From an uncultured Desulfovibrionaceae bacterium (GTDB lineage Bacteria; Desulfobacterota; Desulfovibrionia; Desulfovibrionales; Desulfovibrionaceae), in the NCBI GenBank assembly GCA_964369995.1, contig CAYJHH010000001.1, forward strand, positions 3,048 through 67,047: a DNA stretch of 64,000 nucleotides, given 5' to 3'. The notes under the pieces are model-generated. The model had not been told where the DNA came from, did no database searches, and saw nothing but the letters and a program-made list of their open reading frames with translations. Every line of letters starts with the position of its first letter. The first letter of the stretch is position 1. The position numbers and the translations under genes are program-made. Of this stretch, positions 23,941 to 33,092 are shown piece by piece.

Positions 23941-24236
23941 TCAGCTACCGGAGCCTTGCTTACATCATCAATATGTTTTTCAAGCTCCAAAACTTCAGAT
24001 AAAGAAAGCTCAAGCTTAAGTTCTGCCCAGCCCTGCACGCAATAATTCAAAGGCTTTTCACGTATGGTGCGTGTCTTTTCTAAAAAGAGCACCTCGTCTT
24101 TTTTTTCATGAGGGTCAGCAGAAATATCTTGCGACATTTTAAGGCGCTCAAGGTTAATATTCCAATATTCTTCCCAAGTAAGAGGGCGAATTTGCACCAC
24201 TTTGCCACTGTGTAATGTTTTTTCTGTATAATTCAT
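23928..24236 (-). CDS. Tail assembly chaperone (gpG-like)
   Basis: 102-aa acidic protein between the major tail and tape measure genes. It ends with the slippery site. Confidence 0.7.
   Translation of the reverse strand: MNYTEKTLHSGKVVQIRPLTWEEYWNINLERLKMSQDISADPHEKKDEVLFLEKTRTIREKPLNYCVQGWAELKLELSLSEVLELEKHIDDVSKAPVAEGNS
23934..23940 (-). promoter_or_regulatory. -1 programmed ribosomal frameshift slippery heptamer G GGA AAC
   Basis: A canonical X XXY YYZ site sits two codons before the gpG-like stop (gaG GGA AAC tcc tag). The location is the same as lambda G/GT (G GGA AAG). Confidence 0.7.
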
Positions 24237-24247
24237 TGTATTTTTCC

Positions 24248-25447
24248 TTATGCATAAGAAGCTACACGGTTAATAAGCGTATACGTCACCACGCTTTCAC
24301 TCTGATCCACAAAAGCCGTTACCGTAATTTCCTGAGTAAGGCCGGATTTACTTTCTATGGGTGCGCCGCCAGTGGTGAGCTCAGTTTCGGGGAAATTTAC
24401 ACGAAACTCCTCCCCTTGCGCACCGGAGCAAGAAAGAGAAAAAGGCACCGTGGTGGAATTTTGCGAAAGCGTGGTATATTCATCATGCTCTAAAAATGCC
24501 GTCAGCGTGCATGTGCACACAGGGTCGCCTTCTGGTTGACGGCTACGTTTGCCAAGGTCGCCCACAGCCATACCGGCTTCAATACCAAAGGCCATTTCCA
24601 CATTGCCGCTTTGAATATCGCCCACACGATTATTATTAATCCACAAGGCAAATTCCTTATCTTGAAAAGGTAAAGCAGGCAGCAAAGTAGGCTCTGTGGC
24701 ACTTACAGGTGTCGGCTTATATTCGCCGGAGCCTACGCTAAAATCCAATTCAAAACTCACTTCATTGCCTTCACCAAAGCCAAAATTTATGCCATTAAGC
24801 TTACAAAAAGAAAAAAGCTCATAAGGGTTAGCCGCAGCGCCCTCATCAAAGGCCAAGTATTTTTCTAAGGTCACCGTGGGCTGTTTTTTGGGCAATACAA
24901 ATTCATGCTTATAAAAAGCTTCAGTAGTGCGCCCACGCTTGGCTGTGGCGGCGGCTATATCCTCCGCCGTATAGGCAGATTTTATGACAATTTTTGTGGC
25001 ATCAGTGCCGTATTCCACCCGGTACGTGCCATCATAATTTGTGGTATCGGCAATGGTAACAACGGTATCTTGTACAAAGGTATTGGCCGTGCAGGGCAAG
25101 CCCACATAACCTGCGCCTTCGTCCACCACTGCGCCGGCAATATCCACCGCTATTTCTGTGGTGGTGGTAGGGGCGCCGCAAAGAGCACGCAAAATATGCC
25201 CAAGCAAAGGCGCATAGGAGGCTAGCACCACGCCGCCGCTATATTCCGGCGTGCCTTCATAGGGCTTGCCAGCGCCACGCTTACCAGAAATCACAGCAGA
25301 ATTTTCCTTCACCGGCGTCACGGACATGGTTTCACTCATCATGGATAAGATGACGCCACTGTCTGCTACATCAATGACGCCGGGCGCCGTTTCACGGTAC
25401 ATGGCCAGGCGACAATTGCCGCCGCTCACCTGATTAAAATTAGACAT
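24248..25447 (-). CDS. Major tail protein (by position)
   Basis: 399 aa, immediately upstream of the G/GT chaperones, which is the conserved position of the tail tube protein. Confidence 0.5.
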   Translation of the reverse strand: MSNFNQVSGGNCRLAMYRETAPGVIDVADSGVILSMMSETMSVTPVKENSAVISGKRGAGKPYEGTPEYSGGVVLASYAPLLGHILRALCGAPTTTTEIAVDIAGAVVDEGAGYVGLPCTANTFVQDTVVTIADTTNYDGTYRVEYGTDATKIVIKSAYTAEDIAAATAKRGRTTEAFYKHEFVLPKKQPTVTLEKYLAFDEGAAANPYELFSFCKLNGINFGFGEGNEVSFELDFSVGSGEYKPTPVSATEPTLLPALPFQDKEFALWINNNRVGDIQSGNVEMAFGIEAGMAVGDLGKRSRQPEGDPVCTCTLTAFLEHDEYTTLSQNSTTVPFSLSCSGAQGEEFRVNFPETELTTGGAPIESKSGLTQEITVTAFVDQSESVVTYTLINRVASYA

Positions 25448-25920
25448 TATTTTCTCCTTCCGCCTATGGCTAAGCGTTGCGTAAATGTAAGCCCCACATT
25501 ACAGTAAATAAGGGGAAATGCTTCATAGTCGTACTCGCACTCATATTGTGAAAAAGACACACCATGCATACCATCTAAAGCATTTTGAACTATGTGAATA
25601 AGCATGGGCATGGCCTGAGCGCTTAAAAAGGCAATACCCTGCATATGGCGTGTAGATTCTTCCCCCATTCTCTTATCCACCACACCCAAAAGTATTCCCG
25701 TGCCATAAGTAATATTTCCTTCGCCATCGTTTTCCATGGTTTGCGGCAAAAGAATGCAAAAAGGAGCGGCCTTTTTCCAATCTTGCCTTAGGCCATCAAA
25801 ACCTATTTCTACAGTCCAGTCTTTGCCGTAAGCACCTTGTGCCAAATCGGCAAAGGCTTTATTGCTTATGAGGGCATCAGCAATACCAGCGCAAATATCA
25901 AAAGAATTAGAAATTTCCAT
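25447..25920 (-). CDS. Tail terminator-like protein (gpU position)
   Basis: 157 aa. Start and stop overlap the neighbouring genes. Assignment is positional only. Confidence 0.35.
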   Translation of the reverse strand: MEISNSFDICAGIADALISNKAFADLAQGAYGKDWTVEIGFDGLRQDWKKAAPFCILLPQTMENDGEGNITYGTGILLGVVDKRMGEESTRHMQGIAFLSAQAMPMLIHIVQNALDGMHGVSFSQYECEYDYEAFPLIYCNVGLTFTQRLAIGGRRK

Positions 25921-26561
25921 TACATCTTCTCCATAAGGCGCTTTATTTCATGCTTAAGGCGATTGCTAAAAACAGAATCTGCCCGATCTTGCAAACGAGA
26001 TTGTGCATCTTTATTTAAAAGTGCTGTAATGGGCGATGGGCCAAAAAGCTTTTGTATGGGATTTGGCTTGTTTGTTGTGCGATAAAACAAAGCACGGTGA
26101 CCACTCTTCATGGTTGCCCAAAAAGGTTTTTCCCCATTGGGACCAAGCTTTACCTTACGTGTACCTTGACTTTTTATCTTGGTGCTTACCCCCGCCCTTG
26201 GATTACGTTTTTTAGGGTTTACCCCTTTATAATTGGGCTGAGTTTTAGGCCTTGGCTGAAATAAATGTAAAGAAACACCCCTATATCCATAAAAAGTTAT
26301 TTGCCCCGCAGCGTCATTTGCTTTGGCATTTTTAACCCTAATATTTTGGGTAAGCTCTCTTGTGGGGGCGGTATACGTTTCACGAGCAATACGAGCGCCA
26401 AGGGTACGCACAGAGCTCAAAGCTCTATTAATGGCTCTTACAGAAGCCTTTTGCACTTGCTCTGGCAAAAGATTGTAACGAGTAGATAGAGCCCTCACCT
26501 TATCCTCACCGGAAATCTGGACACTAAGACTATTTCTTGTTGAACCAATATACGTGCTCAT
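25920..26561 (-). CDS. Tail completion protein (gpZ position)
   Basis: 213-aa basic protein. Assigned by position and by a size comparable to lambda gpZ. Confidence 0.4.
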   Translation of the reverse strand: MSTYIGSTRNSLSVQISGEDKVRALSTRYNLLPEQVQKASVRAINRALSSVRTLGARIARETYTAPTRELTQNIRVKNAKANDAAGQITFYGYRGVSLHLFQPRPKTQPNYKGVNPKKRNPRAGVSTKIKSQGTRKVKLGPNGEKPFWATMKSGHRALFYRTTNKPNPIQKLFGPSPITALLNKDAQSRLQDRADSVFSNRLKHEIKRLMEKM

Positions 26562-26568
26562 ACCTTAC

Positions 26569-26904
26569 CTACCTATATAAAAGCTCAAGTCGTGTAACGC
26601 CGTCTTCATCACGGCATTTTTCAACGCCCCATTCTTCACCACGCCACACCACCACAGAACCCACAGTAACCGCCGCTTCTGTGAGGGAAAGCGTAGGCAA
26701 CCACAGCACTTCACGCCTTTGCCCAATTTCAGGCTCAAATTTTTTGGCATGGCTCGTTTCGGCTTCATCGGTAAGCACAGGTAAAATCATGGTAAATATC
26801 GTACCATCTTCTAGCTCAAAACCCATTTCTTCTTCTGCCGCAAATTCCTCTGCATTTAAAAAAATGGACGCCACGTCTTTTTGCAATTGTTCTTTAAAAG
26901 ACAC
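26569..26904 (-). CDS. Head-tail connector protein (gpFII position)
   Basis: 111 aa, the first gene after the lysis cassette in the late operon. Assignment is positional only. Confidence 0.35.
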   Translation of the reverse strand: MSFKEQLQKDVASIFLNAEEFAAEEEMGFELEDGTIFTMILPVLTDEAETSHAKKFEPEIGQRREVLWLPTLSLTEAAVTVGSVVVWRGEEWGVEKCRDEDGVTRLELLYR

Positions 26905-26908
26905 GCTG

Positions 26909-27151
26909 CTACTCCGTCATATTAAGAATTTCAGCTTTAATTTCTGCCGGCAAATCAGAATGTGCCACCAAAACACGCAGCATTCTAAATTGTATGTCAT
27001 TGCTTTTTTTTAGCTGATTAACCACTTTTTCATTGGCATCACGATGGATTTGGCAAGCAGCAGGGCTTACACTACGCATACGCACAGCTATTCCCACCAC
27101 CAAAGAGCAAAAACTTGCTAAAAGCACGGACTCAAGGCCACTAAAAGTCAT
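26909..27151 (-). CDS. Small membrane protein of the lysis cassette (80 aa)
   Basis: N-terminal TM LESVLLASFCSLVVGIAV. Overlaps the holin-like gene by 11 nt. Confidence 0.4.
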   Translation of the reverse strand: MTFSGLESVLLASFCSLVVGIAVRMRSVSPAACQIHRDANEKVVNQLKKSNDIQFRMLRVLVAHSDLPAEIKAEILNMTE

Positions 27152-27689
27152 GCTTTTTCTCCTGCTGTGTAGCTAGCAAAGTGTTTTTTTGAGCAGACCC
27201 TAGCGAAGAACCCAAATAATAATTCACCACAGAGGCAAAGGCTGAGCCTAAAATACCAATGAGCATAAGCCCGCTGGCGCCAAGCTTTTCTTCACCGTAA
27301 ATAAACAGCAAATACAGCATGCCAAAAAAACCCACAGTGACGATAAACGCTATGATAGACGTCCCCCACGAGGCAGCATGGCCAGACTTAGCGAGCTCTA
27401 TTTCTCGGGTTCTGGCAGACACCACATTGGCAAGCTCCGCTTGCAATTGCACCACTTGCCACTCATGCAATCTTGCCTTTTCTTTATCTTCAAGAGCTTT
27501 AAGCTTTACATAAGCATCAGGGTCAGAAGCTATGGCTTGTGATATAGATATGGGGTCAGGCTCCACACCAAAGAGTGACCCCACCAAACCACCCACAGCC
27601 GTAAGAGCCATGCCCGGAGGGCCTCCCAAAATGGAGCCGATGACGGGTACTGTTGAAAGTAAGCTTTTGCCAAGTGTTCCCCAATCCAT
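27141..27689 (-). CDS. Holin-like protein (3-TM, GTA-holin-like)
   Basis: A Gly-rich N-terminal hydrophobic segment, a central amphipathic helix and two C-terminal TMs (IIAFIVTVGFFGMLYLLFIY and LMLIGILGSAFASVVNYYL). It lies directly downstream of the endolysin, with SD AAAGGAGAG. Confidence 0.5.
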   Translation of the reverse strand: MDWGTLGKSLLSTVPVIGSILGGPPGMALTAVGGLVGSLFGVEPDPISISQAIASDPDAYVKLKALEDKEKARLHEWQVVQLQAELANVVSARTREIELAKSGHAASWGTSIIAFIVTVGFFGMLYLLFIYGEEKLGASGLMLIGILGSAFASVVNYYLGSSLGSAQKNTLLATQQEKKHDF

Positions 27690-27752
27690 AATGCTCTCCT
27701 TTAAGATAACACTGCGTAGTTTTTGCTACTTCGCTTCTTAACATCTTCCTAC

Positions 27753-27814
27753 AGGCTGTTCAAAAAGTGTAAAGTACGAGTCTGACAACGTAGATTGCAC
27801 TTTTTCAACAGCCT
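27753..27814. repeat. 17-bp inverted repeat (large hairpin) between endolysin and holin-like genes
   Basis: AGGCTGTTCAAAAAGTG (27753-27769) versus CACTTTTTCAACAGCCT (27798-27814), with one mismatch and a 28-nt loop. The right arm abuts the endolysin stop. Confidence 0.5.
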
Positions 27815-27815
27815 C

Positions 27816-28463
27816 TTAAGTACGAGTAAGCCATCCACTTACAAACTTACGATGATGAAAATTCTTAGCACCAAGGCCAATATAATGCCCCACTTGCAAG
27901 CCATTCAAAGCATGCACAAAAACATCATCTGCCACCCTATTTTCAAGCAAGAGCGCAATGGCCTTTAACGATTTGGGGCCAAGAGCGCCGTCTTCCACAA
28001 GGTCATCAAAATAGCGATCTTCGCCGGCAGCAGTTCTGCGCCAATTAAAGGCATTGCACAGCCGCTGCACATAACGCCCAGAGCCATTGCGCCCAAGGTT
28101 AACAGCCTGCTCAAAAAGCTCATTGGCAACAGCTTGCGGAAACTGTGCAAGCCCCATTACGTCCCACCACTCTGTTTGGTACCAATCCGCCACCATATCA
28201 GCCAAACCTTCAACACTTGCCAAATGTGCACTAAACGTGCGTGCACCGGCAGCAAAGGAAGCATGCTTTTTGGCATTGTCCACAATGGCCCACCCCGTCC
28301 ACTGGGGGAAAAAGTTACGAGCAATGCCGGCATACGTTTCGCCGCCGGCATCGCCGTACACATCGCACCAACCGCCTTCCCACTGCTTCACAGGGGCATA
28401 AGCTTCTTCAAAATTTGCCATATTAGTACCTACATATTTCCAAAAAGGTTTTTCAAATATCAT
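27816..28463 (-). CDS. Endolysin, GH108 lysozyme domain + PG_binding_3-like C-terminus
   Basis: VKQWEGGWCDVYGDAGGETYAGIARNFFPQW matches the GH108 motif (EGG...D.GG.T..GI). The C-terminal DGALGPKSLKAI is peptidoglycan-binding-like. The start may instead be the ATG at 28421. Confidence 0.8.
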   Translation of the reverse strand: MIFEKPFWKYVGTNMANFEEAYAPVKQWEGGWCDVYGDAGGETYAGIARNFFPQWTGWAIVDNAKKHASFAAGARTFSAHLASVEGLADMVADWYQTEWWDVMGLAQFPQAVANELFEQAVNLGRNGSGRYVQRLCNAFNWRRTAAGEDRYFDDLVEDGALGPKSLKAIALLLENRVADDVFVHALNGLQVGHYIGLGAKNFHHRKFVSGWLTRT

Positions 28464-28493
28464 GGAGCTTACTCTTAAAGATGTACTTTAAGT

Positions 28494-29498
28494 TTAGGCG
28501 GCAGTTAGTTCATACAATGCTTCGGGGAAATTGCAGAGCATCAACGGGTTAGACTGCCCTTCCACTTTAAAGCCCTTATCACCTTCAAGGGGTATCATCT
28601 GCGCATAATACGGCAAGCCATAGCTATTTACTGCGCTCATCCAGTTGGCAGGGGCGGTATATTCCGTAAATATGCCAGACCCTACTGGGTAAAAATGTGC
28701 TTTATTAGCTTCCACCAAGGTATTACCGCCCACCACTTCACTAGCTTCATAAAAAGTCACGCCGCCGTAAGTGAATCCACGCTTGCGGTAATCATTATCG
28801 CCAAAAGAAGCTTGGTTAGCCGACCAAAGAGCATAGGCCTCCCGCACGTATTTATTGCCCACAAGGGCGTCATAAAAATTACTACCCACGAGAGCCTCAA
28901 TGCGCATAAAAGGCACGCCGCCCATACCGGCGTCAACGCTGCGTTTGGCAGTAAGAATGGCTTTTTGCACAGGGTTATCTTTAACGCTTTCCGTGGTGGG
29001 AATGGTAAGCGTACCTGTACTTTTCGTAGCCCCAAAAAGGTTAAATAAATTGAGCAATTCTGTAGAGCCATCGGCATCTAAAATCACACCTTTTACCGCG
29101 CCAAGGCGATGCCATTCCTTAGTCATATCAATGTTATTTTTTATGATAGCTAGCTTGTTATTTACGGCCACCACCACAGGCTCTGGCTCATTGGTGCCAA
29201 AAGAGCGCACATCTTGCACATCTTCTGGGCGAATATTATCTTCTTGCGGTAAATGCGTTGTTTGAATGGTTTTGCGAGAGCGAGCATCCCCTTTCCCGGC
29301 AAGGCTTTGAGCAGCAGCGGAGCGGTCTTGATTCGACACCAAGGTAATGCGCCCTTTTTTAATGTCTAAATCCACATGTGTGGTACGCACCGATTCTTGA
29401 CCAAAAAGCGCAGCAAGGCGCATGGGCATGGCAGGTAATTTATTAATAGCTTGGGTCATTTCTGCCTGAGTAAAGGCAGTCAAATTTTGCATAGGCAT
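28494..29498 (-). CDS. Major capsid protein (lambda gpE-like)
   Basis: 334 aa (lambda gpE is 341 aa), immediately after a gpD-like gene within the W-B-C-D-E gene order. Confidence 0.65.
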   Translation of the reverse strand: MPMQNLTAFTQAEMTQAINKLPAMPMRLAALFGQESVRTTHVDLDIKKGRITLVSNQDRSAAAQSLAGKGDARSRKTIQTTHLPQEDNIRPEDVQDVRSFGTNEPEPVVVAVNNKLAIIKNNIDMTKEWHRLGAVKGVILDADGSTELLNLFNLFGATKSTGTLTIPTTESVKDNPVQKAILTAKRSVDAGMGGVPFMRIEALVGSNFYDALVGNKYVREAYALWSANQASFGDNDYRKRGFTYGGVTFYEASEVVGGNTLVEANKAHFYPVGSGIFTEYTAPANWMSAVNSYGLPYYAQMIPLEGDKGFKVEGQSNPLMLCNFPEALYELTAA

Positions 29499-29501
29499 GG
29501 T

Positions 29502-29864
29502 TTAGCTCCTTACAATAACGGTTGCGGTTTTCAGGCTGGCAAGGCCAAGGGTTTTATTGGCTTCAGAGGTTGAGCCCCATTCAAGAGCCTCCCCATTGAG
29601 CACTGCGCCACGCACTAAAGCCACAGCATTTGTTGCCTTGGCCGGTACGGTTTTCACAAGCACAGCAGAAGCCGTTTGCCCTTCAGCACCGGTGAAAGGG
29701 GCATAGGCACCAGAGCTACCTTGCGCAAGCACAGTACCCATGGGCATAACCGCATCACTGGATGTCAGGGTAATGGCCTCACGGCTGTATTCAGTGTTAA
29801 TTTCAAAAATAAGCAAATCAGAAAGACTTGCACCTTTATCTACAGTTTCAGTGTATAAGCTCAT
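29502..29864 (-). CDS. Head decoration protein (lambda gpD-like)
   Basis: 120 aa (lambda gpD is 110 aa), located between the protease/scaffold and major capsid genes. Confidence 0.55.
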   Translation of the reverse strand: MSLYTETVDKGASLSDLLIFEINTEYSREAITLTSSDAVMPMGTVLAQGSSGAYAPFTGAEGQTASAVLVKTVPAKATNAVALVRGAVLNGEALEWGSTSEANKTLGLASLKTATVIVRS

Positions 29865-29874
29865 AACTTACTCC

Positions 29875-31104
29875 TTAGCCCTTATTTTGCACTTGGGCGG
29901 CGCGGTTTTCTGCATCAGACACCAAAGCAGATTTTCCACTTTGCGGCGTCTGTACATTTTTAGGGTTAGCACTAAGGGCTTCAGGCGAAGCATTTTGAAG
30001 ACCTGTCAAAATGGCGGACTTCGCTGTGGCTTCGCTATCTTCTTTCACAGAGGCGCTCTTTGCTGTTACCAAAGAAGGCGCAAGCACCATTATTTGCGCA
30101 GGCGTCAAACTTGCTTCCGAGCATTGCTTAAGCGCAGCATCAACACTTGCCATGGCCTCATCACCCACACAGGCTTTGACCACGGCAAGCAAAGCGTCTT
30201 GCTCATCTTTAGCCTTGGCTGTCATATCCTGCACAGCTTCCGCTTGAATTTCTGCCAACAAATCAGGGTGATTTGCGGCTAAGGTTACTTTATCCATAAC
30301 ATTCTCCTTTGCTTCTTTTGAGAGCATGGTTATTGCGTGGTTTTGGTCTTGCACAATGGCAGTCACAATCCCTAATGGCTCTGCTTCACTGGCCACAAAA
30401 AGCTGTGCTTCACCCCACAGGGCATCAGCTAAACTAAGCCCAAGGGCATTTTTTACATCTGTTTTAAAAATGGCATGTATATTTGCCACATGCTTTTGCA
30501 AATAGGTGGCGTCTTCTTCAGAAAGCGGCTTATAAGCAGAGCCTGTGGCCTTATAAATACCTGCAGTTATATGCGTAATTTTAATGCCTATACTTTCATA
30601 CAAAGAGCTGTAATCAATATGCGTTTGAATAACGCCAATACTTCCCACGCTTGCCGTTTGCGGCGCAAAAATACGGCCTGTGGCAGCGGCAAGCCAAAAG
30701 GCTGCCGATGCGCACAAACCATCTACATAGGAGGCTATAGGCTTAGGAGACTGAGCTATAAAGTCCGCCAGCTCTTTAGTGCCATGCACCACACCACCGG
30801 GGCTGTTAATAGATAGCAATATGCTTTTTACGGCGGTATCAGCATAGGCAGCCATAAGGCTTTTGCGAATGCTGTCCTGACCAATGGAAAGACGCCTACC
30901 AGACCAAGAGGAAACCGTATCCCCTCTGGTTATGGGCAAATCAATGGGTATAACAGCCACACCTTGTACAACGGCGTAGGCATCTTTTGATTCATTAGTG
31001 ACAGAGTACAAAGCCGCTTGCTGTTCTGTTTGCACATACAAAGAGCGCAATACTTCTTCTGCCATATCTGGGGGCAATGCCCATAGTTTATCAAGCATCG
31101 TCAT
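29875..31104 (-). CDS. Head maturation protease, S49/ClpP-like (lambda gpC-like) with C-terminal scaffold-like region
   Basis: LLSINSPGGVVHG and DGLCASAAFWLA are S49 motifs. The start MTMLDKLW at 31104 overlaps the portal stop, so the track start at 31221 is rejected. The C-terminal third is Ala/Glu-rich. Confidence 0.75.
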   Translation of the reverse strand: MTMLDKLWALPPDMAEEVLRSLYVQTEQQAALYSVTNESKDAYAVVQGVAVIPIDLPITRGDTVSSWSGRRLSIGQDSIRKSLMAAYADTAVKSILLSINSPGGVVHGTKELADFIAQSPKPIASYVDGLCASAAFWLAAATGRIFAPQTASVGSIGVIQTHIDYSSLYESIGIKITHITAGIYKATGSAYKPLSEEDATYLQKHVANIHAIFKTDVKNALGLSLADALWGEAQLFVASEAEPLGIVTAIVQDQNHAITMLSKEAKENVMDKVTLAANHPDLLAEIQAEAVQDMTAKAKDEQDALLAVVKACVGDEAMASVDAALKQCSEASLTPAQIMVLAPSLVTAKSASVKEDSEATAKSAILTGLQNASPEALSANPKNVQTPQSGKSALVSDAENRAAQVQNKG

Positions 31105-32725
31105 TCTCCGTATGGTTTTGCTGATGCTCACTATCTTGATCATCAGCTTCATGGGTGGCGTGGTCAGTAGTGGCAGTCTTATCTTCTTTACTGGGCAGGT
31201 CAGCCATGCGCTTGGCTTCATCCATCATAATTTCTAAGCCTTCATCAAAGTCACCGCCACGCTCTTTCCACGCTTCGCCATAGGTCATAAGCTTATTATC
31301 CACCGCCGTAACAATGGCTGTAATTTCTTTCACAGGGTCTATGGAACCACGAGCAGGCCCCACCCAAGAAGCGGAGCACCAAAGTTTACGTGCTTCATAA
31401 AATCCCTTTTGGGCTGCCCTCGGTAACACTAAAAGATTACGCAGATAAGCTTCTTCCATGACCATCTCAAAAATGGGTTGGCAATACATGCGTGCGTACC
31501 ATTGGCGATAAAAAAGATACATCTTCCACGCTTCATTGAGCGCAGCACGTGCAGAAGAATAATTGGTCTTAGAAAAGTCTTTACTTAAAGACTCATAAGG
31601 AATGCCAAGAGAGGCAGACATGGCACGCATAATGATTTCCACAAAGGAAGCGAAGTTCGCCGATGGGCGCTTGCTCTCTAAAATTTCAGGCTTCTCACCT
31701 TGCGCCCCATACAGCATAGACCCCGGTTCAATGGGTAAATAATCAGAGCGTTCTTGTCCCGTAGTATCCAAAGTTCCCGCAGAAGGGCCTGCACCAGACA
31801 TATCCGCAATGCCGGGATAAGCTGCCATACCAGTAGGTGGATGTTCTGTGGCAAAAAAGATAGGAAAGGCTGCGGCAATAACTTGGGCATACAACTCATA
31901 GTCCAGCGCATCGGCTAAATGCCTAAAAAGCCGTATGCCCGTGGCGAGAGGGGAAATACCACGCACTTGCTCATCGGTATCATGTCTAAAAATATGGAAT
32001 ACGCCGGGTCTATGGCCAATACGAGCCGGCAAGTAGGCACACTGCGTAGAAGAAGGAGCAGACACTGAGGAGTTTAAAACAGCGCCTACTCCACCATCTT
32101 GCGGAAGGGCAATATAATACCCTTGGGCCCCGCCCTGAGAGGACATATGCACACCGTCATAGACCAGTGGGTCAGACACATAGTCTGCAGGTGTCACCAG
32201 TCTTTGCGGTGCAAGATTTTGTATACAGAGAGAAAAAGTACGACCTTGGTTTACACGCTCAGCCTCAGAAAGCATCACAGGCACATGCAGCATTTCACCA
32301 GTTTTGAGCAAAGTACGTAAGCCTAAATATTGCAAATCTGCAAAATGCAACTGGCTTGCATAGTGGGCTTCGCTTGTCCACTGCTTCCACACTCGCTCCA
32401 TAGAACGGGCAAAAGCTCGGGACTCTTCTTTACTAATGCCCAAAAGCTCAGAAGCCGGCAAAGCTTGAGGCACAAGCCCCGTACCCACGGCATTATTGGC
32501 AATGGCATCTATGCCAGAGCGAGCCGCCCAGTCATTGGCAAAAAGGTCTTCCGTGCGCCGCTGCATAACATGGCGCTCATACTGCTCTGCATGGCGATTA
32601 TAAATTTGCGGCCCGTGATACCCGGCTAAAGAACCACGATGCGCTCCGGCATCACGGCTTGGCTGTGCCACACGGCCACTACCCACAGCAAGTGCTTGTG
32701 TTCTTTTGCGTGCCACACCTTTCAT
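31091..32725 (-). CDS. Portal protein (lambda gpB family)
   Basis: 544 aa (lambda gpB is 533 aa), between the gpW-like and S49 protease genes. The start overlaps the gpW-like stop. Confidence 0.75.
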   Translation of the reverse strand: MKGVARKRTQALAVGSGRVAQPSRDAGAHRGSLAGYHGPQIYNRHAEQYERHVMQRRTEDLFANDWAARSGIDAIANNAVGTGLVPQALPASELLGISKEESRAFARSMERVWKQWTSEAHYASQLHFADLQYLGLRTLLKTGEMLHVPVMLSEAERVNQGRTFSLCIQNLAPQRLVTPADYVSDPLVYDGVHMSSQGGAQGYYIALPQDGGVGAVLNSSVSAPSSTQCAYLPARIGHRPGVFHIFRHDTDEQVRGISPLATGIRLFRHLADALDYELYAQVIAAAFPIFFATEHPPTGMAAYPGIADMSGAGPSAGTLDTTGQERSDYLPIEPGSMLYGAQGEKPEILESKRPSANFASFVEIIMRAMSASLGIPYESLSKDFSKTNYSSARAALNEAWKMYLFYRQWYARMYCQPIFEMVMEEAYLRNLLVLPRAAQKGFYEARKLWCSASWVGPARGSIDPVKEITAIVTAVDNKLMTYGEAWKERGGDFDEGLEIMMDEAKRMADLPSKEDKTATTDHATHEADDQDSEHQQNHTENDDA

Positions 32726-32964
32726 CGTATCACCAAGGCTCTACGCATCTGCAAGGACGAACCATGCTCAAGAGCACGAAGCTCCCTGCCTAAATAATCT
32801 AACTGCTCACGAATTTGAGGGAGGTCTTGGCGTGTAAGACTACGCCCACCTATGGTGTATGATTTACCCATAGATGCAGCTTTATAGGCAGCCTTCCAAT
32901 CGGCTAAAGATGAGTGGAGTTCTTCCTTTGTCCATATGTTAGTCATAGAACTATCAATTAGCAC
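32722..32964 (-). CDS. Head-tail joining protein gpW-like
   Basis: About 74-80 aa directly upstream of the portal gene. The pattern EEL...L..W..A......GKSYTIGGRSLT...L..I...L..L resembles lambda gpW. The start is the GTG at 32964 or the ATG at 32946. Confidence 0.5.
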   Translation of the reverse strand: MLIDSSMTNIWTKEELHSSLADWKAAYKAASMGKSYTIGGRSLTRQDLPQIREQLDYLGRELRALEHGSSLQMRRALVIR

Positions 32965-32982
32965 AGAGGAAAAGCTTTGTCG

Positions 32983-33016
32983 TGGAACAGGTGGAATACA
33001 TGGAACAGGTAGAATA
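32983..33016 (+). promoter_or_regulatory. Tandem 16-bp direct repeats upstream of the DUF4238 gene (candidate operator)
   Basis: TGGAACAGGTGGAATA (32983-32998) and TGGAACAGGTAGAATA (33001-33016), with an 18-bp period, followed by a partial third copy TGGACA. They lie about 75 nt upstream of the ATG at 33093. Confidence 0.35.
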
Positions 33017-33092
33017 TGTGGACAAAAAATTTATTTTTTTATATTCATTACTTTGTCATCGTTATTTAAGTTAGATTTCAGGAGTTTTCATA

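Noticed and set aside
31105-31221. Upstream extension of the S49 protease ORF (track start 31221)
   Set aside because: The extension overlaps the last 130 nt of the portal gene. The MTMLDKLW start at 31104 overlaps the portal stop in the usual coupled arrangement.
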